Assembly (NCBI GenBank): GCA_000165345.1 | Contig: CM000429.1 | Span: 320,001-384,000 of the forward strand | Direction of reading: 5' to 3' | DNA: 64,000 nt | Shown here: piece by piece, positions 9,808 through 20,291 of the stretch | Position numbering within the stretch: the stretch's first letter is position 1 | Layout of the letters: each line of letters begins with the position of its first letter | Translations under genes and position numbers: made by a program | Notes under the pieces: generated by a model | Databases searched by the model: none | What the model was told of the DNA's origin: nothing | What the model saw: the letters and a program-made list of their open reading frames with translations, nothing else

Positions 9808-10490
9808 CTAAAACTGAAATTGCAAATTGAGTTTGGTATTAATATCAAGATGGGCAACCATTTCACAAAATTCTTCATAAGAAATGAGCCCATCTCCGTC
9901 TTTATCTGCTTGAATTATGCACCTATCAACCAATTGTTGAAGCTAAAATAAAAATTAGATTAATTTGTTTCAGTGAAATTTAAGTTAAAATACTCTGAGA
10001 GTAATAATGGCATTATTCCAAAACTTACTTGTAAATCCTCCAAATTATCTCCAACCATTATTTTCATAACCTTAAAAAGCTCCCCATTTGAAATCCAGCC
10101 ATCACTATTCACATCATAGATATCAAAAGCAAACTTCATCTTCTCTTCCGGATTACTCCCAACAGCTAACCTTGCAAGACCTATAATGAATTCAACAAAT
10201 GATACTTTACCGTCCTTATTAGTGTCAAAAATAGAAATCACACGCTTGACTAATGGATTATCTGCAATTTCTGGCATTTCGAAAAGCTCGTGTGGGTCAA
10301 GCTCCCCATTTTGATTAGTATCTAGTGCCTTGAATCTAGAGTATATACGAATAATATCTCTTCTGGTAAAGCTCGCAGCGTGTACTAGCTCAAGCTTTTC
10401 CTGCTCTGAAATACCACTTGATTCATTTCTAAGCATTAGTTTGGCGATTAATTTCGTGCAAAAAGACTAATAGAAGAGAGCTTACCCCAT
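9808..10490 (-). CDS. CNB1: Calcineurin B (protein phosphatase 2B regulatory subunit), 3 exons
   Basis: Exons on the minus strand are 10486..10490 (ATGGG), 10029..10428 and 9808..9942. Introns are 10429..10485 (57 nt, GTAAGC...CTAATGCTTAG) and 9943..10028 (86 nt, CAA|GTAAGT...ATCTAATTTTTATTTTAG). The spliced protein begins MGNESSG, which is the N-myristoylation Gly (compare human MGNEAS). It has four EF hands (DTNQNGELD, DTNKDGKVS, DVNSDGWIS, DKDGDGLIS). The track ORF diverged after DNLEDLQ into junk, which is what revealed the 3' intron. Exon 3 restores LQQLVDRCIIQADKDGDGLISYEEFCEMVAHLD, which matches human [29 protein letters not shown]. Confidence 0.85.
9943..10028 (-). other. Spliceosomal intron 2 of calcineurin B (86 nt)
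   Basis: The donor CAA|GTAAGT is a perfect consensus. The branch site ATCTAAT lies about 15 nt upstream of the acceptor TTTTATTTTAG|CTT. Homology is restored after splicing. Confidence 0.8.
10429..10485 (-). other. Spliceosomal intron 1 of calcineurin B (57 nt; follows a 5-nt first exon)
   Basis: ATGGG|GTAAGCTC...ACTAATGCTTAG|AAATGAATCA. Splicing creates the Gly2 codon GGA. Confidence 0.75.
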
Positions 10491-10734
10491 TTCTTTTTTT
10501 AATGGTTTCCTCCTTAAAGCTTCACCTGGGAAGATCTTTGATCTCTATTTGATTGGATCCAATATTTAATTTATTTTCATGATTATATATTCAACTAGTC
10601 GGAAAAGCGCTCTAAACGTACGGCATGTCTATAGTGCAAATACAAAAAATTGCAGATAAGTTAAATGATAGAAAAAAACTGCAATATTTTTTTTTTGATA
10701 AGATTAGAACTACCTAATATAATAATATAACAGA

Positions 10735-11775
10735 CTAAAGAGAGTCGTCTCTAATTTTACCAGACTCCTGCTTTGAACTTAATAATAAACTACTTTCTTC
10801 TGTTGTTTTTGGTTGGCAATCCACGACCACATCGGTGTTCGTATTAGATACATTATTTGATCTATTTGTGTGCTCATTATTTTGAATGCCTCTATCAGGT
10901 TTCTGAGAATGTTCGAAGTTTATTCCATCACCTATCTGGTTTCCAACAGGAAAAATCCACAAAAATGGGTTCGACCCAAATACTTGTTTAAACGAATGCA
11001 TATAACCCTTAAACCACATGTTAGTATAGGAAGTGCTTCTAGACTTCTCACAGAATTCAATAGTTGTCATAGAATTAAAAACTAACCATAAATGAAAGAA
11101 AAAGAAGGAAAATAATACAACTACCAAAAATGCTGATAAAATTTCGGCCAACAAAAGCGCGACAATATCTCCAAATTGAATAGTTGTCATATTTAGGCTC
11201 TTATTTAGGGTAGGACCCAATGTAATGGTAATAAAAGCACATGAAATTGCAGAGTATAATATTAAAAGTAGGAGGTGTTTATGGTTTCCCCAACCAACAC
11301 AGTTGCTGATCCAGGGACAGTGGTGATCCATTTTAAGAACACAAGTTCTGCATACTCTACAATGGTGAGTTCTATCAGGCTTGTATTTTGCACACCACTT
11401 ACAATATCTTCTTTCTCCATTACTTTTCAGCTCTTTTGATTTTAAATCGCTTTGTAAGCCTCCCGTAGTTTTAATGCTCCATTCGGGAGTATCCGGAATC
11501 TCCCCAGGCTTTGTCAAGATACTAAGAACAAAGCAAACGAGCGTCATGAGTACAAATATATTGAAAATGACCACTTGAGAAATGCCAGCTTCGCTATTTT
11601 CCTTAATTAAAGGAATAATATGGTAAAACGTATAAATCAAATATAAACACATTATAATCACCACTACAAAGATGACAGGGAGCGCAGTGAGCACTTTCCT
11701 CCTAAATTTATCGTATCCATTTGAATGGTCTAGCAGAATATCATCTGTGCCAGCCATATTTGTTGATTTGGTCAT
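10735..11775 (-). CDS. DHHC-type protein S-palmitoyltransferase (zDHHC)
   Basis: The DHHC-CRD is CKWCAKYKPDRTHHCRVCRTCVLKMDHHCPWISNCVGWGNHK. It is flanked by four predicted TM helices in the 2+2 topology. Confidence 0.9.
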   Translation of the reverse strand: MTKSTNMAGTDDILLDHSNGYDKFRRKVLTALPVIFVVVIIMCLYLIYTFYHIIPLIKENSEAGISQVVIFNIFVLMTLVCFVLSILTKPGEIPDTPEWSIKTTGGLQSDLKSKELKSNGERRYCKWCAKYKPDRTHHCRVCRTCVLKMDHHCPWISNCVGWGNHKHLLLLILYSAISCAFITITLGPTLNKSLNMTTIQFGDIVALLLAEILSAFLVVVLFSFFFFHLWLVFNSMTTIEFCEKSRSTSYTNMWFKGYMHSFKQVFGSNPFLWIFPVGNQIGDGINFEHSQKPDRGIQNNEHTNRSNNVSNTNTDVVVDCQPKTTEESSLLLSSKQESGKIRDDSL

Positions 11776-12004
11776 CTATATTTTTAGATCCTTTTCTTTA
11801 ACCTTTTTTCCTTAAAGTATAAATGGCTACTCTTCTAAAACACAATCCATATATACAAATTATCTTATTAGAAATTTTCCCGATTTACTCTTTTTTCCAA
11901 CTTCCATTCACTTACATGTAATATTTCTTAGATGGTAGACATATTCCCGCATATTTAAAGGCTCCCTAAACTATTATTTCTGCACCCCTAAATACCGCCA
12001 CATA

Positions 12005-12016
12005 TTCGGCGGGAAC
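12005..12016. promoter_or_regulatory. E2F-like site TTCGGCGGGAAC (second half-site TTCCCGC at 11944..11950)
   Basis: Lies in the bidirectional promoter between the DHHC gene (-) and the 12277 gene (+). Confidence 0.4.
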
Positions 12017-12276
12017 ATGAAGTCACTAAAAGTGGCAAGTATTAATCAAAGGAAAACTTGATCATTGAATTAACAAAGAAGACGAATGTTGTACAATTGA
12101 GATAAAATAACGGATGGGATTTTGGGGGTTTCCTGTACCCTTTTGGATTCTGTTCACTGCACGGCGATACATGTGTGTATTTCAAATTTTGAGTTTACGA
12201 GCAAAATATAGCTGGCTAGATCATTGATTAAGTATCACTAAAACTGAGTGAGGTCCATAAAAGTGTCCATATTACA

Positions 12277-13668
12277 ATGTTAAATAAAGATACATCTAAC
12301 TCTCTCAAAATACCGGAATACTGCTTTAGGCGTCGCAACTTTAAAGGAGAGGGGGAGCTTGAAAATTCAAAATTACATGCATTCACTGATGAATGTTGGG
12401 ACTCGCCGAGAATAACTCCAAACTTTGGTGATGAAAATGATAGCCTATTACCAAATCGGACACTGAGTAGGGTACCTAGAATTTATTCTTTGGCTGAAGG
12501 TGATTTTGAGGATTTTGAGAATAAACCTGAAGCTCACAAACCTCTTTTTGACGCCGCCAGAGAGTCATCAAGCATTGATTCAGAGATCACCATTCATGCA
12601 GAAGAGTACACTAAACCCGCTAATGATGGCTATGATTATGATGATGATTATTATGATGATGACGATGAAGCGCTAACTCCGCTGGCATCTTCTGCTGCTA
12701 GATATAGACTTTATGATATTGATTGGGATGAAAAGTCAAGGCTGAAAAAAGACGAGCAAATCAGTAATATCCATGAAATTCAAGATGATATAAAACTTAA
12801 AGACTCTGATTTTTGCCTTCTAGATTCCACAGGAATAAAAGGTCCTAAGGAATTCGAAACTAAGCAAGGTAAAGTTATTATTTCGGAAGATGGAGACTTC
12901 AGCTTTGAGTTTTCTGACAGAAGGAAACTTTTCACAGTCAAAGGAGGAGGATGTTTCGTTTTAGTCAGTGATGTTATTGATAAGAAAAGAAGGGTTTCTG
13001 ATGATTCATCATTTGAGTCTGCTGATGTAACTAACCAAGAATACAATGAAAGTAAATACCACGTTAGTGAGCTTCCGCAACAACATTTAAAGAGATATAT
13101 CTATGGAACTCATCTTTGTGAAACTATCAAATCGTTCATTCCAAAGGTAAAGCTTAAAGTTCCCCAAGAAGGGACTTATTTTTTGATGTCTAATCATTTA
13201 ACTTTTGCTGATTTTCGAGCTGAATTTATCTCAAACCTATCAGGCCAGGTTCTCTCTGCTCATCTTACTAATTATCAATCAACCGTTATATTTACCTCAA
13301 AAAGTGGTAAGAGAGTAGAATTTGATAAACTAATTCTTGACAAAATGGGAGTTTTTGAAGAGGTTGACCAGGCCTTTGAAGAAATTAAGTACAATGATTA
13401 CTTAATTAAGAAATCTCATGAAGTTTCAGAATGCGGAATTGAATGGTCTACAATTATCAAAATCTGGAGGTTGATACTCGATAGGCTTGTTGATTGCAAA
13501 AATTTGGAGCTAAAGGGGCTTAAAGCCTACTCTGAATCTCTTATTAGTTCTGATGTAGATTTAACCCTTAGTGAGAGCTTTTCCATTGGAGGAAATTGTA
13601 TGATGGACTGGCACATTAAAAAAAGTGTCTTTGAGAATATATTCCCAATTCAAGTTGAGAAGTTCTGA
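12277..13668 (+). CDS. Hypothetical protein with acidic Asp/Tyr-rich tract (DGYDYDDDYYDDDDE)
   Basis: A long ORF with an ATG start and eukaryotic codon usage. No family is recognised. Confidence 0.6.
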   Translation: MLNKDTSNSLKIPEYCFRRRNFKGEGELENSKLHAFTDECWDSPRITPNFGDENDSLLPNRTLSRVPRIYSLAEGDFEDFENKPEAHKPLFDAARESSSIDSEITIHAEEYTKPANDGYDYDDDYYDDDDEALTPLASSAARYRLYDIDWDEKSRLKKDEQISNIHEIQDDIKLKDSDFCLLDSTGIKGPKEFETKQGKVIISEDGDFSFEFSDRRKLFTVKGGGCFVLVSDVIDKKRRVSDDSSFESADVTNQEYNESKYHVSELPQQHLKRYIYGTHLCETIKSFIPKVKLKVPQEGTYFLMSNHLTFADFRAEFISNLSGQVLSAHLTNYQSTVIFTSKSGKRVEFDKLILDKMGVFEEVDQAFEEIKYNDYLIKKSHEVSECGIEWSTIIKIWRLILDRLVDCKNLELKGLKAYSESLISSDVDLTLSESFSIGGNCMMDWHIKKSVFENIFPIQVEKF

Positions 13669-13699
13669 CTTAAAATTTTTAATCAAATTTAGATAGTAA

Positions 13700-16588
13700 T
13701 TACTTAGAAGTAAATCCCTTTAACGATTTTAATGAGCTCGCAATATCATTGTATTTGAATGAATGTTTGTTTAGACCATTATTAACCATTCCAAAGCGAA
13801 TAAGTGCCAATATATCGTGGTACGGGATATTTTTACAACGTTCGCTTGCGACATTGTGAGAGTTATCATTTAAATTAATATTCTTGTAAAAATTTGTCAA
13901 GTTACTTTGGTTAAATGACTTGAGATGTTTTTGAACTTTCTTCTCGGAAAAGTTTAACTTTGATTCAATCGATGCCATGTATTCCAAAATTATAATAAAC
14001 ATTGAAAATGATTCTTTGTATTGAGAATTATATATTTCTTTTTTCTCATAAAACTCTAATACTTTGTTAAAGTATGTATCTGCCTTTTCAATTTCTTTGG
14101 AAAAAAGCTTAAACGCGAAACAGCTTGTGTTCCCTGATTCATTTTCCTCACCTTCCTCCTCTTCTTCAGAATCTAGCTGATTTTCAACTTGAACAATGTT
14201 GTAATGGAAGATACTTTTGATAGTTAATATGAAGTACAGGGCTGAAACGGAATTATAAAGAAAAATTTCTAAGTCAATGCAAGGAATCGTTGGAATTGAC
14301 TCCTTGCTCCCAAGCTCAAAGTTAGATATTAACAATGATACATTCTTGAATATTAAATCAATACTTTTTTTCATTTTGGTCAAAAATTTATATGGGAGAA
14401 ACATAAAGATATTCTTAATGTGGCTGAAGTTTACGAAATGGCTACATCTTATTTTCTTATTCTCTGAAAACTCTTCAACAATATTTGATAAAACCTGGTT
14501 AAACTCCTTGATTTTGCTTTGAAAATAACTATGTACAAGATCCTCTTGGATTTCGCTTAAAGCATTAATAATATTTGATGTACAAATAAAGCAATATATC
14601 TGCTTGTTACTCAAAACTGATCCTCTAAGAAAGTTGATAAGCAACTCACTTCTTTCATCTGAAGAAGCCTCCCCATTATCATTACTCTTCAAATAACCTG
14701 CTTCCGTATTATTGCTAATACTCAAACAATACTGAGTCATAATGAAAAATAGGTATTTAACAGCGTCAGCAATCCAACCATCGTTTTTAAATAGTCCCTC
14801 CTCTATTATTCCCTTAATATTACTTGTTATACAATAAGCAGTATAATATAAAATATAATTTTCTTCATATTTTGAACACCAAATGAGAAATGACGAAAGG
14901 AACTTTCCCGCCTTACATGCATTTACATGTAAATTGCCTTTGGAATTGTCAGATTTTACAGATTCTTGATTAGCAAGAAAGTGTATATCTAATAGCAATA
15001 AGTAAGTAAAACTGGTAATGTGAATAATTGACACAAGCTCCATGTTTTGACTTAAATATGTAGAAAGATGTTCCTCCGATTGTTTAAATGATCTGTCCAT
15101 TATATTTGCCGTAGTCTGAAAAAGTTCAAGAATTTCACTAATTAATATGAGCTGCATATTTCTATCTGCATGCATTGTACAACATGTTTCGCATAAAACT
15201 GGGAAAAGAAGAGAGAAATATGAAAAATCGTAAACTTCACTTTGAAGATGTAGAATTTTGTGAATATGGTTAATAATCTTGAATGTACTTTCCTTTGAAG
15301 TTGAAAATAAAAGTGGAAAGGTGACGAATAGTTTCTGAAGAATCTCAACAGAATACCCTTCATTGGAGATCATCAATTTTGTGTAGCAACAATCTTTGTC
15401 TTTGAAGATATTGTTTTCTCTATTTTTAATATATTCTGATGTAATTTTATTGTTATTCAATTTACTTCCAAAAGCTCGTTTGCTAGATGACTCAACCCCT
15501 AGAATTCGAATTAAAATCACGTATTCAATTATATCAGTGAGAACTTCCTTTTCAATTAACTTTTCCAATATCCTCTTTGAGCTTAATATTAATTTTAAAG
15601 TCAAATGCAAAAACTTGATAGTCAATCCTATACGTATATACTGCTCCTCTTTAATCACTATTTGATCATTACCTGAGTTATTATCTAAATAAAAGTTATA
15701 AAGTAAATTTTCTATTAAAAATAGTTGTTTTGCAACCAAGATTTCTGTTAATACTATTGAATAATCATTTTCTTGCAGAATAAACTCTTCAACAATAGGA
15801 AGTACTAAATTAATATTTAAGTTTAAGTTCTCAATGCAATATACCTTTGCTGATTTAGAATATATCTCAATACTAGATTCAACAAGTTCTTTATTTATCT
15901 CTTCTTGAGTGTTCTTGTCTAGTCTATCTACCAACAATTTAGTTGATTTAAAGAATTCTAAAGTCATTTTAACCATTTCATCCGTACTTTCCTGCAAACT
16001 CAAAAATATGGATGTGGTGAGCTCAATTGATCTTGAAATTACAGCACTGAATTCTTGAATATATTTGCCTTCGTGCATTACTTCTTTATCTTGTTCAGTA
16101 TTGTGAATAGTTTTCTTAACGTTCAATAATGCATCAATAAAAGAATACATTTGCCTAATATAATCCCCAAAATCTTCTTCAAATGGATGTGACAGCTTTA
16201 CTACATCAGAGATCAAAAGTATTAGCAATCTTAGAAGCAGATATAAGCAATTTAAATTACTTAGAACAAATTTTATTACACCATTATCTTTTATTGAAAA
16301 TAATCTGGAAATTTCTTTTATAGAAATTTCCTGGTATTTATCCACTATTCTCTTTTTGTTATTGGTCCTCAAAATATCAAATCCATCCTCATGTTCATAT
16401 CTCGTATCATTATTTTCATCATGCTGAGAATTAATGCTAATAAATATCTCATAATCTATAAGTAATTTTTTCTCCAATAGCTTAATGTTATGTTTATTCA
16501 CATTCAAGTACCTATTCACATATGACAAGAGTTCAGGTAACTCGTAGTCATAATTATTTGCAAATATTAAATCTACGATTTCTTCCAT
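13700..16588 (-). CDS. Large hypothetical protein (962 aa), probably helical-repeat
   Basis: A 2.9 kb uninterrupted ORF with ATG start at 16586..16588. It converges on the upstream gene with a 31-bp spacer. No family is recognised. Confidence 0.6.
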   Translation of the reverse strand: MEEIVDLIFANNYDYELPELLSYVNRYLNVNKHNIKLLEKKLLIDYEIFISINSQHDENNDTRYEHEDGFDILRTNNKKRIVDKYQEISIKEISRLFSIKDNGVIKFVLSNLNCLYLLLRLLILLISDVVKLSHPFEEDFGDYIRQMYSFIDALLNVKKTIHNTEQDKEVMHEGKYIQEFSAVISRSIELTTSIFLSLQESTDEMVKMTLEFFKSTKLLVDRLDKNTQEEINKELVESSIEIYSKSAKVYCIENLNLNINLVLPIVEEFILQENDYSIVLTEILVAKQLFLIENLLYNFYLDNNSGNDQIVIKEEQYIRIGLTIKFLHLTLKLILSSKRILEKLIEKEVLTDIIEYVILIRILGVESSSKRAFGSKLNNNKITSEYIKNRENNIFKDKDCCYTKLMISNEGYSVEILQKLFVTFPLLFSTSKESTFKIINHIHKILHLQSEVYDFSYFSLLFPVLCETCCTMHADRNMQLILISEILELFQTTANIMDRSFKQSEEHLSTYLSQNMELVSIIHITSFTYLLLLDIHFLANQESVKSDNSKGNLHVNACKAGKFLSSFLIWCSKYEENYILYYTAYCITSNIKGIIEEGLFKNDGWIADAVKYLFFIMTQYCLSISNNTEAGYLKSNDNGEASSDERSELLINFLRGSVLSNKQIYCFICTSNIINALSEIQEDLVHSYFQSKIKEFNQVLSNIVEEFSENKKIRCSHFVNFSHIKNIFMFLPYKFLTKMKKSIDLIFKNVSLLISNFELGSKESIPTIPCIDLEIFLYNSVSALYFILTIKSIFHYNIVQVENQLDSEEEEEGEENESGNTSCFAFKLFSKEIEKADTYFNKVLEFYEKKEIYNSQYKESFSMFIIILEYMASIESKLNFSEKKVQKHLKSFNQSNLTNFYKNINLNDNSHNVASERCKNIPYHDILALIRFGMVNNGLNKHSFKYNDIASSLKSLKGFTSK

Positions 16589-16988
16589 TTTGTGTGAATA
16601 TACAAAAAATCATTTTCAAACCTGCCACGATATACCCGATTACGAACATGCTATAAATTGGTATATCCCCCCCGCATGAAATTTGCTGGAAAGAATAACT
16701 CAAAATGTGTTGCTAATTTATTTCAAAACCTAAATAAAGGTAAATCTTATCTTGATATAGCCCTTAGTTTCATTAAGTATTTCTTTTGGCAGAATTAACA
16801 TCAGTATTTCTAAAAAAAAATGCTCTAAATTCATTAGAATCATGTTGGCGGCAACTGCCAGAATTTACAAATTTCAATTATTACACTTTAGGAAATTAAA
16901 GCAGAAATTAAACTAAGCCCTGAAAAAAAAACTGAGACCATAGTTCATAATACTTCATTTATGAGCCTTTATTCTGAATTTTTTCGGA

Positions 16989-17732
16989 ATGCCAGCTAAA
17001 GAAGATTTTAAACCATTCGAAATCAACAACTTTTTGGCTGAGTTCAGGTCTCAAGTATCTAAAAGAAAGAAGCGATTTCAAGAACAACCAAGCTCAAAGC
17101 ATTTAGATATTTTTGCAGATGGAAGAGCTAAGCTAATGGTCAAAAAAACTAATGATAATAATTATCAATCAGATATTAAAAGGCTCATTGAATTTGCCAT
17201 TGATAGGCCATCAGTACAAGGTGAGAACTCTCCTTTAAGTCCATTCAATACTGATTTGCTTTTCTTCAATGAAGATACAACCTCTTCTTCAGTTTATTTT
17301 GAGTGGTCATGCACGGATTGTCCATTATATATGCCAAAGATGTGTAATTGTGGAACAAAAGGTGGTGAAAATCTATATTCTATGGTCTGTAGTAATGAGA
17401 GCTGTGAAGGCCTGCTAAAATTACCTTATAGTCTTATACATATACCCTTGAATCGTAAAATTAATTCAGTCCAATCATTCGTTTCTGAAAATATGGGAAT
17501 CCCAAGCTCTATACTTATTTATTATGGGAAACTAAAAAATTCACTGCTTTTAGTGTTATTTGACAAAGAACAAGAACGAAGCCTTGTAAGAGCTCTTTAT
17601 AATGCATCTGAATCTATTGGTTGTATTGCTTTATATGATATTTTTCCAGATAATAACAAAAGTAGAAGTTCAAGAAGGCCTTATACGACTAAGCTTAAAT
17701 ATACTGGTCAAATCCGTAATTTATACAAGTAA
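16989..17732 (+). CDS. Hypothetical Cys-containing protein (247 aa)
   Basis: ORF with ATG start. It contains a CxxC...CxC...CxxxxC cluster (CTDCPLYMPKMCNCGTKGG...CSNESCEG) that could be a zinc-binding module. No family is assigned. Confidence 0.5.
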   Translation: MPAKEDFKPFEINNFLAEFRSQVSKRKKRFQEQPSSKHLDIFADGRAKLMVKKTNDNNYQSDIKRLIEFAIDRPSVQGENSPLSPFNTDLLFFNEDTTSSSVYFEWSCTDCPLYMPKMCNCGTKGGENLYSMVCSNESCEGLLKLPYSLIHIPLNRKINSVQSFVSENMGIPSSILIYYGKLKNSLLLVLFDKEQERSLVRALYNASESIGCIALYDIFPDNNKSRSSRRPYTTKLKYTGQIRNLYK

Positions 17733-18228
17733 TCATTCACTTCAAGAACTAATAATATAAAATTAACGAGCCCTAATTTTAAACCATGTCAATATTCAAA
17801 TTTTAAATCATAACTCAATTATTCTTAAATAACATGGATATAATGATTTGAATCAATTTTGAAGTTTGAAACCGAATCTGCGAGAGAAAAAAAAAATCAC
17901 TTCATATCAAGTTAATAATTGTGTCGCATATTCCTAATAACAAATTCTTTGTTCACTATTTATACTTTGAAAGCTATATTTTTATTTAATTAAGTTTCCT
18001 TATTGATAAGTCATTTACTCATCTTATTAAAATTATATCAATTTTTTTTCATAAAATAATTCTTCAAAGAAAAATATTTATCTATTCGTTAATTTTGACT
18101 TTTATTTTTGTTTTTGTATTAGATTAATAATGCGCTGATATTGTGCAGAAATTTCATGTGTTCAAAATATTCATTATATCAACTAGTTGAAAGGAACAAA
18201 CTAAAGAATTAAATACATTATTCTCAGA

Positions 18229-20032
18229 TTAATTCCACTCGCTATCTGAGATTTCTCCCATTTTCTTATTCTTCACAGACTTCCTCTGGTTCGTAATATT
18301 TTTATTCTCGCGTGATCTCTTGCTTTGTTTAATATGATCAGAAGAATCGGAAATCTCCCCCTCACTGAATGAGTCAGAGAAACCTTCAGACATTATTGAG
18401 TCAATTTGACTAATGCCAAACTCATCTTTGCAAATTCTATTATTTTCCTTAATTTTTTGCAGAACATCGCTTATTTCCAGATTTTTATTGTTTTTGTAAA
18501 ATGAATTCGATTTTGAGATAGCATTGAGAATGCAATTTTCAATGGAGTGGTTATCAAACTTGTTGACAAACAAGTCTATTGCCTTATTCAAATCATTGAT
18601 ATTAATCACTTCTAATCCGTTTAATTTTTCGGTATAATGAATTGTTAAGCTTTCAATCATGTTGCTATCATCAGAACTAAATGAAATTGGGTTAATTCTC
18701 GAATTAAGACCAATTGGATCTTCTTGATCATTGTATTTATTTACATTGTTTCTACTACGTCTACTAAACATCAAAATCTCATGTGGATTTGCTGTTTTAC
18801 TAACAAACTGAAACCCAAACCTTTTCGAATTGATCAGCTGTGAGTCACATTCATATTCAACTCTAAGCCTAATAATTGGTAGATCCATTGACTTATTCTT
18901 TAGAATTTCTTGTATTTCAGGATTCTGAGGCAAATTTAACTTATTTTTTTCCAACTGTACAATTTTTGCCTGTTCAATTAGTTGATGAACTTTTTCAATT
19001 AAATGTTGTTCAACCTGAGCTAAATCTTTGTCTAAAACAATATTATCATGGATAAAAACCCTTGGTGAGAGTAAAGGTATGGGAGTTGTTTTAAATGTAT
19101 TATTTTTTATTTCCAATAGTGTAACATGCTTTTGTAAACTTTCAGATGCAATAAGAGATGTAGCAATTGAAGATCCTGGCTGAAGTACAAAGAAGTTTTT
19201 ATTTGCAACCTCTACAGGGTTAACAATGCATTCATGTTCGTGACCCCAAATTATTAAATCAAGAAAATCTGGTAAAAATGATTCTGGAATAGAATCTTTT
19301 GATAGGGTTCCCCCAAAATTGCCTTTTTTTCTATTTTGATGGAAAAGCAAAATAGAAAACCATTCAGAGTCACCATTAGTATTTTCAGGAATCAAAAATT
19401 TAACTTTATTCTTTTCAAATGACCTATGAAGTCTTTCATCTCTAATATTTCCAATTCCATATATTGCCAACCTTGTACTTCCTTTCTCAAGCAAAACTGG
19501 AAAAACTTCTATGTTATCTACATTGTTATTCTTTCCTATATAGTTGATAAACCTCGCTGACTCAAGTATATCTAGCGGAGAAAGAAGCCCTTCTTCTCCA
19601 GGATCGTCATGATTTCCATGTATTCCGAAGAATGGAATGGATACGTTAGCATCACCAACTTCCCAATTGTACCCATTAACATTTGATGAATCTTGTCGAT
19701 TTAGAGCTCTGAATTTAATTTGTTTATTCCCCATACAGTACTCACGAATAATGTTCATTACCTTATACATTATATATTTAGAAGGTTTAGCAACGTCAAA
19801 TAAGTCCCCACTATGTAGAATAAGGTCTACATCAAGTTTTTTACCAATAATAAAAATTTCCTCCAACGTAATTAATGAGTCATTACTCCTTATTCTATTA
19901 AATTAATTTACTAAACTATCGAATTGATCACAAGTCAGTTCAAACATACCTATCTCTTTCTTTATATCCCGTATGTGTGTCTGTACATACAAGAATTTTA
20001 AATGTATTATCATCGTCCCCAGTTACTTCCAT
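18229..20032 (-). CDS. MRE11: Mre11 double-strand-break repair nuclease (2 exons)
   Basis: Exon 2 (18229..19894) carries Mre11 phosphoesterase motifs GDLFDVAKPS and GIHGNHDDP, plus the GHEHE motif. The track ORF lacked motif I. A 5' exon at 19950..20032 reads MEVTGDDDNTFKILVCTDTHTGYKERD, which is the D-x-H motif I (compare yeast IRILITTDNHVGY). It is joined by a 55-nt intron (19895..19949; AG|GTATGT...TTTAATAG|A, phase 2) to RIRSNDSLITLEEIFIIGKKLDVDLILHSGDLF. This matches yeast RGNDSFNTF...VDMVVQSGDLFH. Confidence 0.8.
19895..19949 (-). other. Spliceosomal intron of Mre11 (55 nt, GTATGT donor)
   Basis: The joined reading restores Mre11 motif I and the RGNDSF-like segment. Other candidate acceptors hit stops immediately. 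Confidence 0.7.
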
Positions 20033-20098
20033 TGTTATTCATTCATTTATTGTATTAAAACGCTTCAAGTCAATATGCAGTTAAAAATAGCCCCCAGC

Positions 20099-20112
20099 AT
20101 TTTGGGCGCCAA
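20099..20112. promoter_or_regulatory. E2F-like site ATTTTGGGCGCCAA about 65 bp upstream of the Mre11 ATG
   Basis: Matches the TTTGGCGC consensus. Mre11 is a classic E2F-target class (DNA replication and repair). Confidence 0.45.
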
Positions 20113-20291
20113 CTTACTTGTTAATGACCTTTGCATATGTTTTTTCACAAGGCAAAAAATATTATCAATATCTAAAAATAAATAAAACTTGTTACAGCAA
20201 CTGTAATGTTTCTTCCTGTAACATCAAGACAGTTGTTTTTAAGAAGTTATTTGTTTTGGTAGGATAAGAATATAGGTTGAGAATTTCGAAG

